NCBI RefSeq assembly: GCF_002571385.2
Contig: NW_019218510.1
Span: 57,526 to 121,525, forward strand
Reading direction: 5' to 3'
DNA from: Stylophora pistillata
Taxonomy: Eukaryota
DNA: 64,000 nucleotides
Both the position numbers and the translations under genes were made by a program. Under the pieces are notes generated by a model, which saw nothing but the letters and a program-made list of their open reading frames with translations, did no database searches and was not told the DNA's origin. Position 1 is the first letter of the stretch, and each line of letters begins with the position of its first letter. Below, piece by piece: positions 39,574-53,175 of this stretch.

Positions 39574-41395
39574 ATACACCGAATTCATAATGGTGGACGG
39601 CTCGAGGAAGCCTCTGTGTGAGAACATGAAAACGAGGCGGACAAAGACAGGAAATAATTTCAACATGGCAATGCCTCATGTGAGCACGTTTACTATTGCA
39701 GTTATAATCACAGAAAATGATATTCCTGGAGCAAGTCTTGAGGGAAGGAAGACTGCTTAATTGAAAAAAGGTGATTGGTTTGGCTGCGATCTAGAGATGA
39801 TTCTTGCAAAGGGTTAAACATGAAAGTGACACTCATTAAGCGGTATGTGTACACCGATCAATAACGTAAACATTATAATTTCATGTTTTCAGATGTATTG
39901 TAAGTTCCAGCTGCATGCAATGCTGCACAGGTTTTGTTTCATTTAATACACGACTACCACAAGCAATTACTCAAATAAATTGTAAGTATAGATTAGAAGG
40001 ATGTGTTTTGTTCTGTCTTTTAGAGTAGAGGAGTACATTGCAAGTGGAAGGGACAAATTTATAGTTGACCCAGATCCAAACTAAATTTATACTTAACGCA
40101 AGGCTAGGGGATGTTATTTTGCTTCCTGGTCCTTCATCTCAGAATAATGCGGCTCCCCTAGTAAAATACCCAACTACTGGCTGGGGGAAAGCTCTACAGA
40201 AATTGCCACTGTTCACAAAGACTGAAATGAAAAAGCATATAGAAAATTCTGGTAAAAGAAGAGGGAATGCTGAACACCATTCTGTTCCAACAAGCCTTAA
40301 TTTCTCCAAGATGAATATTTAAAGGAAATTGAAGCAGCTGATGATCAAGATTATTTCTATTTTAAATGCAAATGCTATCAGCTACAAGAAACATGAAGCC
40401 CCTCATACCCTACAGGCAGCCCTTTGCATCATATCTGGCCAAGTGATAGATGCCACTTGTACATGTGCTGCGGGTAAAGTGGGTTACTGTAATCACACAG
40501 CCCTCATGTTAAAAATTTGTAAATATTCATTGTTTGAAAGCAACAACTTAAGACCTTCAGGATGAATTTTATGAAAATCTATCTCTAATCTATCTCTAGT
40601 ATGCACCTCAAAGTTACAAAGTAGGCACAGGAGAGGTTGGGGTGATTCAATCCATCCACAACCTGTTATGGATGTCCTAGTGACAATAGTTAAGCCTGAT
40701 AATGAGAAGTCTGCCAAAGGCATTAGATGCCAGCTATATGAGGCCCGTTAAATACTCCACCACAACATTGAAGAAGAAAAATTTTAAAAAGCTATAGCTT
40801 CAATTAATCCCAAAATGGGAAGTGCTACTCTTCTCTGATCTCCAGACAGTCAGTGAAATGGTTCAGACAAAGTTTGGTAGCAGTCCTGTGGGCTCTACAA
40901 AGAGCAATTAGTTGTGGTATACCGAGGCCAACTTTCGGGTAAATATCAATATCAATAGTGTTCCCAGACTTCCTAATTCAAATGTAGACATAAATAGCTA
41001 CCCACGTTTTCCCTGAAAGACTCTATACCTTTGACAGCACGAATCTTTTCTGGATTTGAAGGGGAAGCTCTGATCTTTGGTGGCAGTCTCTTTCAAGGTG
41101 AACTCTTTTTCCATGCAAAAACGGAAGGAACTGCCCTGTCAACATAATTCAGTCGTCCAATGCCTAAACTCCTCTTGAGGTGTTCTCCTTTAAAATGTAG
41201 AGAACACACTTTTGTAGCATCTGTGATGGCAAAATGTTTGCCTGTGTCTCTTCCAATTGCATGCAGCCATTGATCCCACACAAGCTACTCGGTCGGGAGA
41301 TTAAAAAATTCAACTATTTGGACCAGATGAACCTTTTTGATTGCAAAGTGGAACACAGTAATACTGATTCTGTGGCGATTTTGCTTTCGCCATGG
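39574..41395. mobile_element. ISL2EU-like two-gene DNA transposon, internally deleted: SAP/SWIM gene (+, 39690-41020, intron 39843-40023) converging on a THAP gene (-, 41393-41040)
   Basis: ITENDIPGASL..; SWIM motif ATCTCAAGKVGYCNH; CTSKLQ. THAP: YCVPLC..WLHAIGRD..KVCSLHF..AVPSVF. Left end ATACACCGAATTC. Confidence 0.7.
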
Positions 41396-41939
41396 TGGTA
41401 ACCAGTTCTAAAATTCTGGTCGCCAACACCTAATTTTTGGTCGCATTGGTGACCAGTCAGTCGCAATTTGGGTATTTTTTAGACTTAGACATGAAGGAGC
41501 ATGATTGTACTTTCCATTAGTATCTACATATCTTTTTCTTATATACATATTTTTATCAATATAGATACAATTTTTCTATTGTCCTGTTAATTAGATGTAG
41601 ATAAATTTTTTTAGATACACATCTTATAACTATATTGCTGATCACCAGTTAACACCAGCTGTACCCTCTGGGTTCAGCTGATTGGTCTATCAGGATAAAT
41701 AAAGATTTTTATTTTATCAATTTATTATAACTTGGAAGTTTCCTGTAAGTTTGGTTTCAAAGAACATTCTCAATTGTTAAACTAAATAAAAGAAAACGAA
41801 AACCTGATAGAAATGGGATTCGTTGCAAAGAGAACACCAGCATTTCGCAGTAAATAGAAATTTATGATAAACCTTCAATATAACTTGTGAGGCTAACAAC
41901 AGTTTCCAACAAACATGAATTTCCTTTCAAACTGCATGT

Positions 41940-42105
41940 AATCCACCGAATTGAAATATGGTGTCCCATTTGAATTACCATTGTTTTGGACTTACTAGCC
42001 TCATCTTGACGTGGAAACACAAAAGGATTATCACATGTGTGAGAGGCTAGTCAGTCTAGAACAGTGGCAATTCAAATTGGATGCCATATTTTGATTCGGT
42101 GTATT
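41940..42105. mobile_element. Palindromic MITE with ~60-bp TIRs
   Basis: AATCCACCGAATTGAAATATGG..ACTAGCCTC / GAGGCTAGT..CCATATTTTGATTCGGTGTATT. Confidence 0.85.
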
Positions 42106-42684
42106 ACTTAATTGACTAACTAGAAACAATTATTCACTGGGAGCAGCTTAACAAGAACTATTATCAGTGAACAAAAATACTCAAGCAATACCACACCACC
42201 AAGCAATACCCAGTGTGCTTTGCTCGAGCTTGAACCATGTTCAAATTGGTGGATTTTACCACCAAACGTCTTCTTGTAACAACAACAGCATGCAACGGCC
42301 AATAATTTCAAAACTCTTTACAAAAGCAAACCTGAGGACTTCTGTCCTTTGCTACTGTAGATACATCAATGTCACAAGGTAACTGGTTGCAACAATACTT
42401 TCGTGAGAATTATTTCAAACAAAGTTTTGAGAAAACTACCTCTGTATCAACGTACAAACCAATAAAATGCCCTGTGCAGCGAACCAAACAAAAGACTTTT
42501 AACACTTTTTGTTCCTCTTTCTCCAAAGCTGATCTAAACATTGAGACTTTTCGGTAAAATGGTTTGTGGCGATCATGCATCTTTCAACCTCAAATAAACC
42601 CTGTGCGCCGAAATCGGCGAAATCATCAAAATATCTTAAAACAAAGGAATAATGCAACAGAATAACAGTAGGTTTGAAACTTAA

Positions 42685-45600
42685 GAGGTTGTCTCTCTTA
42701 TTTCCACCCGGTCAATTTCGCGTCAAAAATAATTTTGCCTGAAACACTGTAAACAGAAAGACTTTACTTAGGAAAGAACTAAATTAGATTTGGTTTGATC
42801 CGAAATAATTTTCTGACTGTGTTAGAGGTCATAATTGTTTCCCAGTCTGTTGGGACCGTCGCAACATCTCGAAAATTGAAATATAGGCATATTTAGAAAC
42901 ATTGTAAAATATTTGATTCGCATAGTTAAGCCACGGAATCTATATCAGATTGCTTAAAATCCTTTCTAGTTTGCCAAGAAAGTTAGAATTTGCACTCTCA
43001 ATATATCTGAAAAGGCGAATTTTAGCATATTCTGACCCCTATAAATCTCAATCAGCTGATGGCCGAAAATAACCTTGATTTAGACGTTAAGTTTTAGGAT
43101 TTGGGACCTGGTTGACAACTCTATCCTACACAGCCGTTAAGTTTAGACCTTTATAGGCAAAAAAATGCAAAAACCCCTGTACGTTTTCGGTTTTTTTTAA
43201 AGTTATGACCGTTTGAATCAGCACATGTACGAACATTCGCGATTTTTTCACCTACACTAAAATCGAACCACTGGAGCAGATTTCGTCATAAATACAGCTT
43301 ACCTTCGGCGCACCTTGGCTTTATGTGAGATTTCAGATGTTCCTCGCTCCCCAAACTGGTGAACTTAATGATAACTCCAGCAAATAACTCCAAACTTCAG
43401 CGGTCGGCGTGTATCGACACTCTTCTTTAACTGGTTGTTGCGAACTAAACTCGAAAACTAAAGCCATGTTTCGCNNNNNNNNNNNNNNNNNNNNNNNNNN
43501 NNNNNNNNNNNNNNNNNNNNNNNNNNNNNNNNNNNNNNNNNNNNNNNNNNNNNNNNNNNNNNNNNNNNNNNNNNNNNNNNNNNNNNNNNNNNNNNNNNNN
43601 NNNNNNNNNNNNNNNNNNNNNNNNNNNNNNNNNNNNNNNNNNNNNNNNNNNNNNNNNNNNNNNNNNNNNNNNNNNNNNNNNNACAACTCTATCCTACACA
43701 GCCGTTAAGTTTAGACCTTTATAGGCAAAAAAATGTAAAAACCCCTGTACGTTTTCGATTTTTCAAAAGTTATGACCGTTTGAATCAGCACATGTACGAG
43801 CATTCGCGATTTTTTCACCTACCCTAAAATCGAACCACTGGAGCAGATTTCGTCATAAATACAGCTTACCTTCGGCGCACCTTGGCTTTATGTGAGATTT
43901 CAGATGTTCCTCGCTCCCCAAACTGGTGAACTTAATGATAACTCCAGCAAATAACTCCAAACCTCAGCGGTCGGCGTGTATCGACACTCTTCTTTAACTG
44001 GTTGTTGCGAACTAAACTCGAAAACTAAAGCCATGTTTCGCGCTTAATGTCCTGTTAAAACTTTGGATCGCTGCTGCATTCTCTTCAAGAATCAGTCATA
44101 GAACTCCACAAGTCTATATGTCGAAGTTTGGGGGCTAAAATTTGGAATTTAAGGCTGAACGATTGCACTATCGAGCACAGCCGTGGTTCTGTTTTCACAG
44201 AGGTCCGCATTGACCATTGTGGGTGAACCCGCTGGCCCTTTATTTTTCTGGAAGGCCTGCAAGTGTAGTATGGCATGTAAGTGCTTTTTCGAAACCAGGA
44301 AGGCTTCAGTCTGTAGCGAGTCTTCAGCAAGGTTGATAAAGCTCTCAGAATGTACACATGACATCAATGATCATCTACAAGCATGTCACTTAAGTCAGAG
44401 GAAAGGTACAAGAATATGAGCTTATCGTTAACAGGTCAGGGTTGCTACACGACCTTTCCCCCGATCAACTTGAAGAACTTTGAATCTGCGAAAAGCATAT
44501 AGGAAACTTGGGTAAAAACTGGCGACCACGTCGCACTTGCCAGTACCCGCTGCACAACGGCCGGAAAAAGCAGCTAAATGCTAGAAATGCAGTTCATCTC
44601 GACATGTCAAGGGAAATTTATGCTATCTTTTCAGAACTCGTTCCAACAGGTTCCCGTAAGTATGATTATATAAATTATAGCTTACCAATAAGGTATTGTC
44701 CTGAAATGTGGACCACGGTTTAAATTAAGATAAGATCTACACGTATATTGAGGTGAGGTAAATGTCAGAACTCAGTATTTTGGATTTGATTAATATCTGG
44801 GTCAAAGCTCGCATGCAAGTGAGTATAAAACAAAACAGCTGCTGTGATTTCGTCGCAAGATACGTACCGTCATTCCACATGGAGGCCATGTGGCAGCTAG
44901 TGCAACTTGATAACTTAATTCACACTTCGACTTGTAACAGTGCTCTGAGGCAAACTTGAAATCTACAACCAAAGTTTCCAACACTACAAAATTGTGATGT
45001 TAGTCAATTATGTTTATAATCGGGAAACAGCAACTGTACTGACAAATGCGTAATATATTGGGTTTTTCTGCCCTACCTTATCTCTCAACACCTACATGTT
45101 TACAAAAGCATTTTTTATGTCATACACGCAAGGCGAGATACTAGATAAATAACCTTGGAGAGTTACTTGACACCAATGTTTACGCTGTTGCAAGATAATA
45201 TTCCTTCTGTTTTTGACGTTTATGCATTTACACAAAGCCCTTTTGCGTCATTGATATAGAAACCAGGAGGCATCGATTTTCGTCCTTTTATCCCTAGAGT
45301 CAAGTTTAACAACCTTGGCAGCACACCCCCTATTGGAAATTTAAGAGAGTACACAGGGGTCACATGATCATAGTGCAACTGTTTTTATCTGTTATCTAAT
45401 ATAAGTATTACTCTGCTTATTATCATTTTGCATTATTGTTTTATTTCGTGCTTTTCAGTAATCTGTGTATCTTGTTACAAGCTGCACAAAATCAAACTCG
45501 CGGAGAACATGACGTTGTTGCAAGGGCAACGTCCCGAAGAAAGTAACCAGCAAGAGGACGAACCTTATAGGTGATATAAAGCTACCTGATCCTATAAATA

Positions 45601-48600
45601 AAGCACATCATGATATGCATTGACACCTAGAGAACTTTCAAGGACAAATGTTCAATGGAAATGTTGCATGTAAGCAAAATTGTTTTCCTCGGCGTGGCCA
45701 CACTCTAAAATATTTGGCGCAACATTGCTGATGTAGTAAGCAAAGTATGTTTACAGGTGCATGGCCAAAATGGGATTAAATTTCGTAAAAAATGACAAAT
45801 AGTGTTTAGGCTTTAAATTGGACGACTTTAAAAGAGAAAATGGTTGATAATGTACCATACAATTGCACGCGGTGATGCTGATTGTGAACAGAACGGAATT
45901 TTGTACGCGTATTGCTGACGAAGATGAACTAAATTCTACTTTCGCAACAATGCGCTCAAAAATTTCAGTTGTGGACAGACTATGCAGTTAATCACATGGT
46001 GGGAGGACTTCTAATTTTTGTTTGATTTTCTCAACTCCCAGACTCGCCAAACCAATGGCAGCTATAAATCTTGCAACGGTCACATCAACACCTGCCACGA
46101 CGCCGCCTCGACCGAAAGAGAATGCCTTTAAATCTGATTGGACTCTGGGATGCAGATCTGGGACCGACAGCCAGAGCTCTGGAGACGACGAGGCAGCTGA
46201 AAGTACCAGCGAGTTTGCAATGTCGGCGTTTACAGATGCCATGGAGAAACTGAACCCATCAGCAACCGGTGGTGGCTGCGTCAGTCCCTTGACCTTTCAG
46301 CTGAAAAGTAGTNNNNNGCCATGACGAGTACCTTGAAGACCCAAATTCTTAGCCTGTATGCGTATCGATATCCAGTGAAGACGCTTCAGAAAATCCACGA
46401 GCCATACGCAAAGTTAACCGAGTGGCAAATTAGACGCGCTAGAGCTCATGCAAGAGAATGTGGTCCAGGTTATTTGGTCGAAAAGTCCCCATGTCATCGA
46501 GTTCGACTGCCACCAATAAAGCTTGACCATTTCTTAGACTTCGCGAACCGCCCCTACTTTTATCAAGACGTGTCATTTAGTACGAGGAAACTGAGGCTCA
46601 GCAGTGGCGAGAAGATCACAATGCCAAATGTCATTCGCAAAGTCACAAGGTCAACAATGGTCAAGCAGTACCTTCAGTTCTGCGAAGAAGAGCAGTTTGA
46701 ACCACTGAGCCGTTCAACCCTATTTCGCATCCTCGAGGTAAGGGAAGCCTCTCAACAGAAGTCCCTTAGCGGCTTGGATAACACAGCAGCTGATGGGTCG
46801 GCGGGGTTCGTGCGCAACTCCTCCGAATAGTGGACGAGCTTGATCAGATTGGGCTTGCAAAGAACGTGGCAGACGAACTGCGAAGAGCCCTCAGCGAGGG
46901 TAAGAGGTACCTCAAAACCCAGTTTCAGAGTCACTGCCAGGAAGATGAGAGCGAATGTCCCAACCACTGTCCTAAGTTTGGTCTCAGCCATCCAAACGAT
47001 CCAGATTTCCAGGAACAATGCTCACATCAACACATGCTTCTCTGCTCTCAATGCGACGAAATTACTTCCGTTTTGCAGAAGATGCAACAGATTGTTAAGG
47101 ATAACAAAACCTTAGTTTTTTACAGCGAGGACCAAAAAAATGACTTGTTGTACGATATCCAGATATCTTCAGAGGCTATCGTTCAGTGGAAAGCTCACAT
47201 TATGAGGTCTGTAAAAGCAAGATATCATCGCAAAGCTTGACCAGACTTCGTGTCTTCTTGTTATAGATTGGGCCATGAAGTTTCTGCAGCTGCACTATAG
47301 AGAGAAGCAAAGTGACTGGTACAAAAAAAGAGGGTTAAGTTGGCACATTAGCAGCCTTGTGTCTCAAAGCTAGTCTAACACGACGGAAGTCATCTCGTAC
47401 ACTCACCTCTTTTATCAGTGTACTCAGGACTGGTATGCAGTTACGTCAATTCTCGAAGATCTTCTAAAGCAGCTGAAAGTCAAGAATCCTTTGCTGCAGA
47501 AAGTTCATCTGAGGTCAGATGAAGCCAGTTGCTATCATAACAGCTCCCTAGTAACCACTGTGAGAGATGTCACAAAAGGAGTTGGGCTTGAAGTTCATAG
47601 TTATCACTACTCTGAGCCGCAGTATGGTAAAGACATTTGCAATCGTATCCTCTGCCCAATGAAGTCCTCTATTCGCACTTACTACAACGAAGGGCACGAT
47701 GTTCTAACTGCCGTTGACATGAGAGATGCATTGACGCAACACCCAGTGAAGGGAACAACCGCTGCAGTTAGCATAGTCGACGAATCAAAGAACACTCTCT
47801 GAATAAATAAGATTGAGCATTTCAGTAGCTTCCACAACTTCGAATATGGAGATACCGGTCTGAGAATTTGGAAATGTTATGGCATCGGTAAAGGGAAGTA
47901 TATCCCATATGACGTGATTTATATCAAGCAACAAGGTGAAACGTCCCTTCAAACCATAGAATCTCAAGGATTTTATGATCCTCCTGAAAAGCGCATGGTC
48001 AAGCGTCGTTTAAAGGACGGCAAGGAAACAGAGAGTACAACGCCATTGTTTGAATGCTCTGTGCTTGGGTGTGTTGAAGTGTTCAAAACGTTTTCGCAAC
48101 TAGAGCTCCACCTTGACGTTCGAAAGTATACAGTCAGCAGGTTAAGCCAGTATGATGCAATCAAAAGGGGCTGGGCCCTTAAGTTCTCGTCAATAGATAC
48201 CGCTGGTATCGAGTGTTCGAGCTGTTCGTCGGATTCCAGTATACCACTCACTTCTCCTGGGGATACTTCGCCCCTCTCGCCTCTACTAACAGAATGGGCC
48301 GTAAGCAAACCAAAGGGCAGTGTTAGATTTTTAGAGAATGTAAAAGAATACCTAACGGCATTGTTTACACTTGGAGAAAGAATTGGGAGAAAGGCAGACC
48401 CCGCCCAAGTTGCAGTGGACGTGTGAAATGTGAAAAATGAATCAAATGCACGTGTGTTCACTAGAGAACAGTGGCTGACAAAAAGCCAAGTTCAGAGCTT
48501 TTTCTCCCGGCTTGCAGCAGTGCGACGCAAAGATCAGGGTGTGATCAGGATATCGCTGGACGAGCAAGATGTCCAATGCGTCTAGGAGAATTCCGAGAGA

Positions 48601-49164
48601 CAAGATCTGGTAGACAAAGTTAACAAAGAGATCAAAGTCTCGCATCGAATCTGCTATGACACGTATGACCTCTGTGAACGTTACCACAGTAACACACTTC
48701 AGAAATTCAATGTAGTTTTGTTGCAAGCCATCTGTAGTCATTTTGAGATCCCTGTAAAACTGAGAGACAAAAAGCAGATCCTCGTAAACAAACTGTCCGA
48801 CGTGATTAAGGATTGTCAGTGTGTTTCATAGTAGACTTATGTAAACAACGTCCTATACAGTTGCTGAAAGTGTAGAATATTGTCTACAGGTACAAACTTC
48901 CTTTGGTTCCGATATCAAGTTCTGACGGCGTTGTTATAGTGTAATATTCAAAGCTTATGATATCTGTGACATTAAATTTTGTTGTGCTTTACTCACTTAG
49001 AATTCAGAACTAAATCAGTGAAAGATAGTACCTAGTTTGACGACATGTCAAGCAGTGTCTGATACACGATATAGGCATCGTACTGAGCCTTGCTCTTCAA
49101 GTCAAAATCATTTTTAACGAAAACAGGGATAAGTGTGTTCAGCTTGTCGCAATCAGTGATATTA
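42685..49164 (+). mobile_element. Sola3-like DNA transposon: left end plus intron-containing transposase pseudogene (~44270-48830); right end lost in gap
   Basis: TTAA|GAGG terminus at 42681-42688. ICEKH..LGKNWR..CQYPLH..LVPTGS|LICVSC (intron 44656-45458); YQDVSF; LSRSTLFRIL; DWAMKF..YREKQSDWYKKRGLSWH; QDWYAV; LRSDEASCYH; SEPQYGKDICNR. Confidence 0.8.
43115..44041. repeat. ~360-bp direct duplication flanking an N gap (probable scaffolding artefact)
   Basis: 43115-43474 is nearly identical to 43683-44041, and both copies abut the gap. Confidence 0.85.
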
Positions 49165-50326
49165 ANNNNNNNNNNNNNNNNNNNNNNNNNNNNNNNNNNN
49201 NNNNNNNNNNNNNNNNNNNNNNNNNNNNNNNNNNNNNNNNNNNNNNNNNNNNNNNNNNNNNNNNNNNNNNNNNNNNNNNNNNNNNNNNNNNNNNNNNNNN
49301 NNNNNNNNNNNNNNNNNNNNNNNNNNNNNNNNNNNNNNNNNNNNNNNNNNNNNNNNNNNNNNNNNNNNNNNNNNNNNNNNNNNNNNNNNNNNNNNNNNNN
49401 NNNNNNNNNNNNNNNNNNNNNNNNNNNNNNNNNNNNNNNNNNNNNNNNNNNNNNNNNNNNNNNNNNNNNNNNNNNNTGCAAGCATGAGCAGTTCAAACCA
49501 AAGCCAAGTTTATCAGACATCCAGTGGCCTTGACTATATGTATGTTAACAGACAGTATGGGGACATACTCTATGTCTCTGATGATTCAGATGGAGAGGAA
49601 AGTTATGAAAGTATTATACACATTCCTGAGGAGACTGAAGCTGGTACAACAAACACATTTACCGAAGATCTTCAAATGCTTTGTGAATGCAAAGCACTTG
49701 AATTGGAAGAGAAATCCTACATCAGGTTTGATTTGGTAAATTTCTCAATTTTGGAGGTTACTGATTGGGGGCTTGGGGGCGGGCTGTTGTGGGAGCTAGT
49801 GCAGGACTTTAAAAACGGCTCTATTATATTGATAAATTTTGTTTAATGAAGGTAATGTTTGAAATTAAATGGTCTGAACTGAACTTCAGTAGATATGTGT
49901 ATTAGTACATTAGGTGGACTGTTGCAGTGAATAAACAATCTGGGTGATTAATGGGAAGCCTGAAAATTTTTTCAGGTCTTTCAACATTCTAATACAATTT
50001 CCTAGATGGTTCATTCGCTGTGATGGTCCAGCTACTATACTAATACATGAAGTTACGAATCTCATTAGAATCTCACTTTATTCATGTATTTCAGTTTGGC
50101 AAATCAATTTTACATGGTTGAACACTCTTGCAATACAACTTATAAACCGCGACAGAAGTCATTTTGCTTATTTTTAAATAAATAGTTATGTACGTACTTT
50201 TAGTTGAAACATGTATACCCTGTTTGTTGAGTTACTGTTTCAAATCCCTCAAAACAGTGCCTTTATTACTTACAACACTCACTTTCTAGTTAGAAACTAC
50301 CAGTAATGTCCTGTTATTTTTCTCAG

Positions 50327-50548
50327 GTTCAAAGTAAGGAGAAGCTCTTTATGGCAAGACACAAAGATGAAATGTGACAGTGTAAAGAAGGAACATCTTA
50401 ATAAAAATAGTTACGTAAAAGTGCAATTTGTGAGTGAGGCTGGGGTTGACCAGGGAGGGCCCAAAAGAGAATTCTCTTCCTTAATCCATAAAGAATTATA
50501 TTCTTCATCTTTGTTTGTTGGGGAAGAAGGAAATGGTAAAATCTTTGC
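50327..50548 (+). pseudogene. HECT-domain (G2E3-like) exon fragment
   Basis: After acceptor TTTTCTCAG: FKVRRSSLWQD..VKVQFVSEAGVDQGGPKREF..LFVG, the HECT N-lobe signature. Cut by a gap, so intact status is unknown. Confidence 0.65.
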
Positions 50549-50764
50549 NNNNNNNNNGGAGACAAATGAAATAATAATAATAATAAATCATATTTTAAGA
50601 GGACACTCCCATCACGTCAAGATGTTTTAAGGGGGGTCCTCTATAACAAAATAACTGAAAGTTTAAAAGCTCAGATATACGCACATTCCAAATTAAAAAT
50701 ATACAAGAAAAAATATATCAGCAGGAATACCTCTGTCCAAAACTGATCGCCTTCATTCGTTTTT

Positions 50765-51345
50765 AGAGAAATGCGGAGCCACTGTCAATCATGCTGCTTT
50801 GGAGCAGGTTAAATTCTTTTTTCCTCAGCTGCTAGACATTACGTGTTTCTCTCACACCATCGACAACGTTGGAAAACATTTTGAGTTCCGTGTCTTAGAC
50901 CGATTTTCCCAATTATGGGTATCCATGTTCTCCCACAGTGCTGCAGTACGGCTAGCTTGGAAGACTAGAACCGGAACAGCTATGAAAACATATATCGCAA
51001 CAAGATGGTGGAGCGAGTGGGAAGTTATGAAACAAATACTAGAGTACTTTGGGGATGTGGAACCCTTTTTAAGGGAGAACGAGAACGACCATCTCGCTCC
51101 TGCTACAACTGGACAACTCCTAGACATCTTTAATGATACATCTGATGCTAAAGAACTTGAGTTGGAGCTAGCAGCACTGATTGATGGAGGATCACACTTT
51201 GTCACAGCTACCTACTATCTAGAAGGGGATGGGCCTCTCATATTCAGTTGCTATGAGCGCCTAGCTAATGTGTCACACTCGGTGGCAGTTGATGCATATC
51301 CTAACTTTGAGGGAGTGGCCAGCCAGCAAGCCAATGGAAACTTTA
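50765..51345 (+). mobile_element. hAT-like transposase fragment
   Basis: ITCFSHTIDNVG (CxxH), ATRWWS (RW), YYLEGDGPL. Confidence 0.65.
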
Positions 51346-51716
51346 CCTGATGATCCTACAGCTTTGGCCATCCCCCAAAATCAGATGGATACAGACCATC
51401 CAGCCCCTCAGTCTAAGCAGAATACAAGGCAGTCCACCCTCCCATCATGTGTTGCTCCATCCTTCCATCCCTCTCCTAGCCTAAGCTGCCTTAATCAGTT
51501 AACTCAAATGTTTCCCACCCATGACAAAGCATATCTTGAGGAAGTACTTATGGCATCAGCAACAAATCATGATGCCATCTCTGAGATTCCTGGTGTTTGC
51601 AATGATGATAGCTCATCATGTAAGTTTTAATGTAATGGTACTTTTGATTTTTATGACTGTTGCTATTCATCATGGTTAAAAGCTGGATCATTGGATAATA
51701 CAATTCAAGACTTTTC

Positions 51717-51757
<41 letters not shown>

Positions 51758-51850
51758 ACTACAATATGGTAAGCGTACGCATAAGCTTAAAATTGAAAGG
51801 GAGCTAAAAATGTAATAAAATTTAATAATTTAATGTAGCCTTTTTAATAA

Positions 51851-51911
51851 AACAATTATTCCACTCACGTTCGTTGGATATGAGATGATTGAAGCCAACT
51901 CCGCGCTACGT

Positions 51912-51942
<31 letters not shown>

Positions 51943-51966
51943 CCGCGTGCTCGTGGAATAATTGTT
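51851..51966. mobile_element. Short hairpin/palindromic non-autonomous repeat
   Basis: AACAATTATTCCAC..GGATATGAGATGAT / ATCATCTCATATCC..GTGGAATAATTGTT. Confidence 0.8.
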
Positions 51967-52379
51967 AATTATACTGTAGGTGATGTACTAAGGCAGTATC
52001 ATTCCTGTTACTGAATGGGATGTCATACATGTAGTACATAAGTGATAGTAATAAAATTCCCCGGATCTTGTTCCTTCCGGTCTAATATAACTGACTCGTG
52101 TGTTCTGAGTGTGATCTTTAAATCTTTAAAATCCCACCCCATCAGGACAGAAGAAATGAATTAAACAATTCCCTCCCAGACAGCCTGGTTGATCTTTTGG
52201 TGGACAGGAGTTATTATTCTAAATGACCTGCACCTGATGACATATAACTTAATCATCATTTTACTCATGTTGCTTGCTTAGTAATGCAAATATTTAGGTT
52301 CTGGCATTGCTTGTATCACTGTTGCAATCAGACTGTTGTAAAGGGTTGATAACGTGAAGGAAATGCTGATAATACCCTA

Positions 52380-52800
52380 ACAATTACAACTGTCCAGTTG
52401 TCGTTCCATGTCGAGATATAAACCCGAGAATAACCTCGTCGAGTTGGTCATCGCTTATGTTTGACCACCTGCTGCAGCCAAACCCATACTCTTCCACTCT
52501 ACAATAGATATAGTCCATCTTGATACTCGTAGCATCTGCGCCATCTGATTCCAGGTGCACCCTAGGCTTCTAAGATTTTCAAGAAGTTCCTCTGCAATGA
52601 CGAACTTTGGTCTTCCAGGTTGCGATGTATGTGCAACACTAGCCGATCCTAAATCGACAAAACTTACTGTTCTCCTACCTATTTCAGTCATCCTCTCAAA
52701 CCAGACCTGATGTATTTCAGAAAAACACTGACTGAGCTGCAGTAAATTGTTTCTACAACATTGATCCTCACTCTGATCAAGAACACTTCGCAGAACCGAG
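52380..52800 (-). mobile_element. IS3EU-like transposase N-terminal (HTH) fragment
   Basis: PGRPKFVIAEELLENLRSLGCTWNQMAQMLRVSRWTI..SDDQLDEVILGFISRHGTTTG. Confidence 0.7.
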
Positions 52801-53019
52801 AATAACCGGTCAAGACAATTGAAAAGCAGCGCCGCTGAGTGGAACTCTAAGTTTATAATTCTGGCGCTTTGTTCACACCTATCCAGTGAATTTTCAGCAA
52901 AAAATTAATATAAAAAAATCATTCCAAATAGTTGCATCTACTGTTGCATCAAATAAAAAAACATCGAATAAATATATTTTTTAACAAATGATAAGAGCAC
53001 CGAAACAGTTTTAGCACAC

Positions 53020-53175
53020 AAATAAATTTTTATTGAATGAAAATATTTTAACAACTAAAAATGTCATTTACCAAATGAAAATATTTTTAGGGAATAAAAA
53101 TATGTCATTTATTGAATGAAAATATTTTTAGCAAATAAAGATATGTCATTTATTGAATGAAAATATTTCTTGTCA
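53020..53175. repeat. ~41-bp AT-rich tandem repeat (possible subterminal region)
   Basis: ATGTCATTTATTGAATGAAAATATTTT recurs about four times. Confidence 0.75.

Noticed and set aside
43115-44041. Biological tandem duplication or LTR pair
   Set aside because: Both copies abut an N gap, consistent with unmerged contig ends or haplotypes.
50596-50645. TTAA-GAGG and TTAA-GGGG possible Sola3/Kolobok termini
   Set aside because: No matching opposite ends and wrong orientation to close the Sola3 element.
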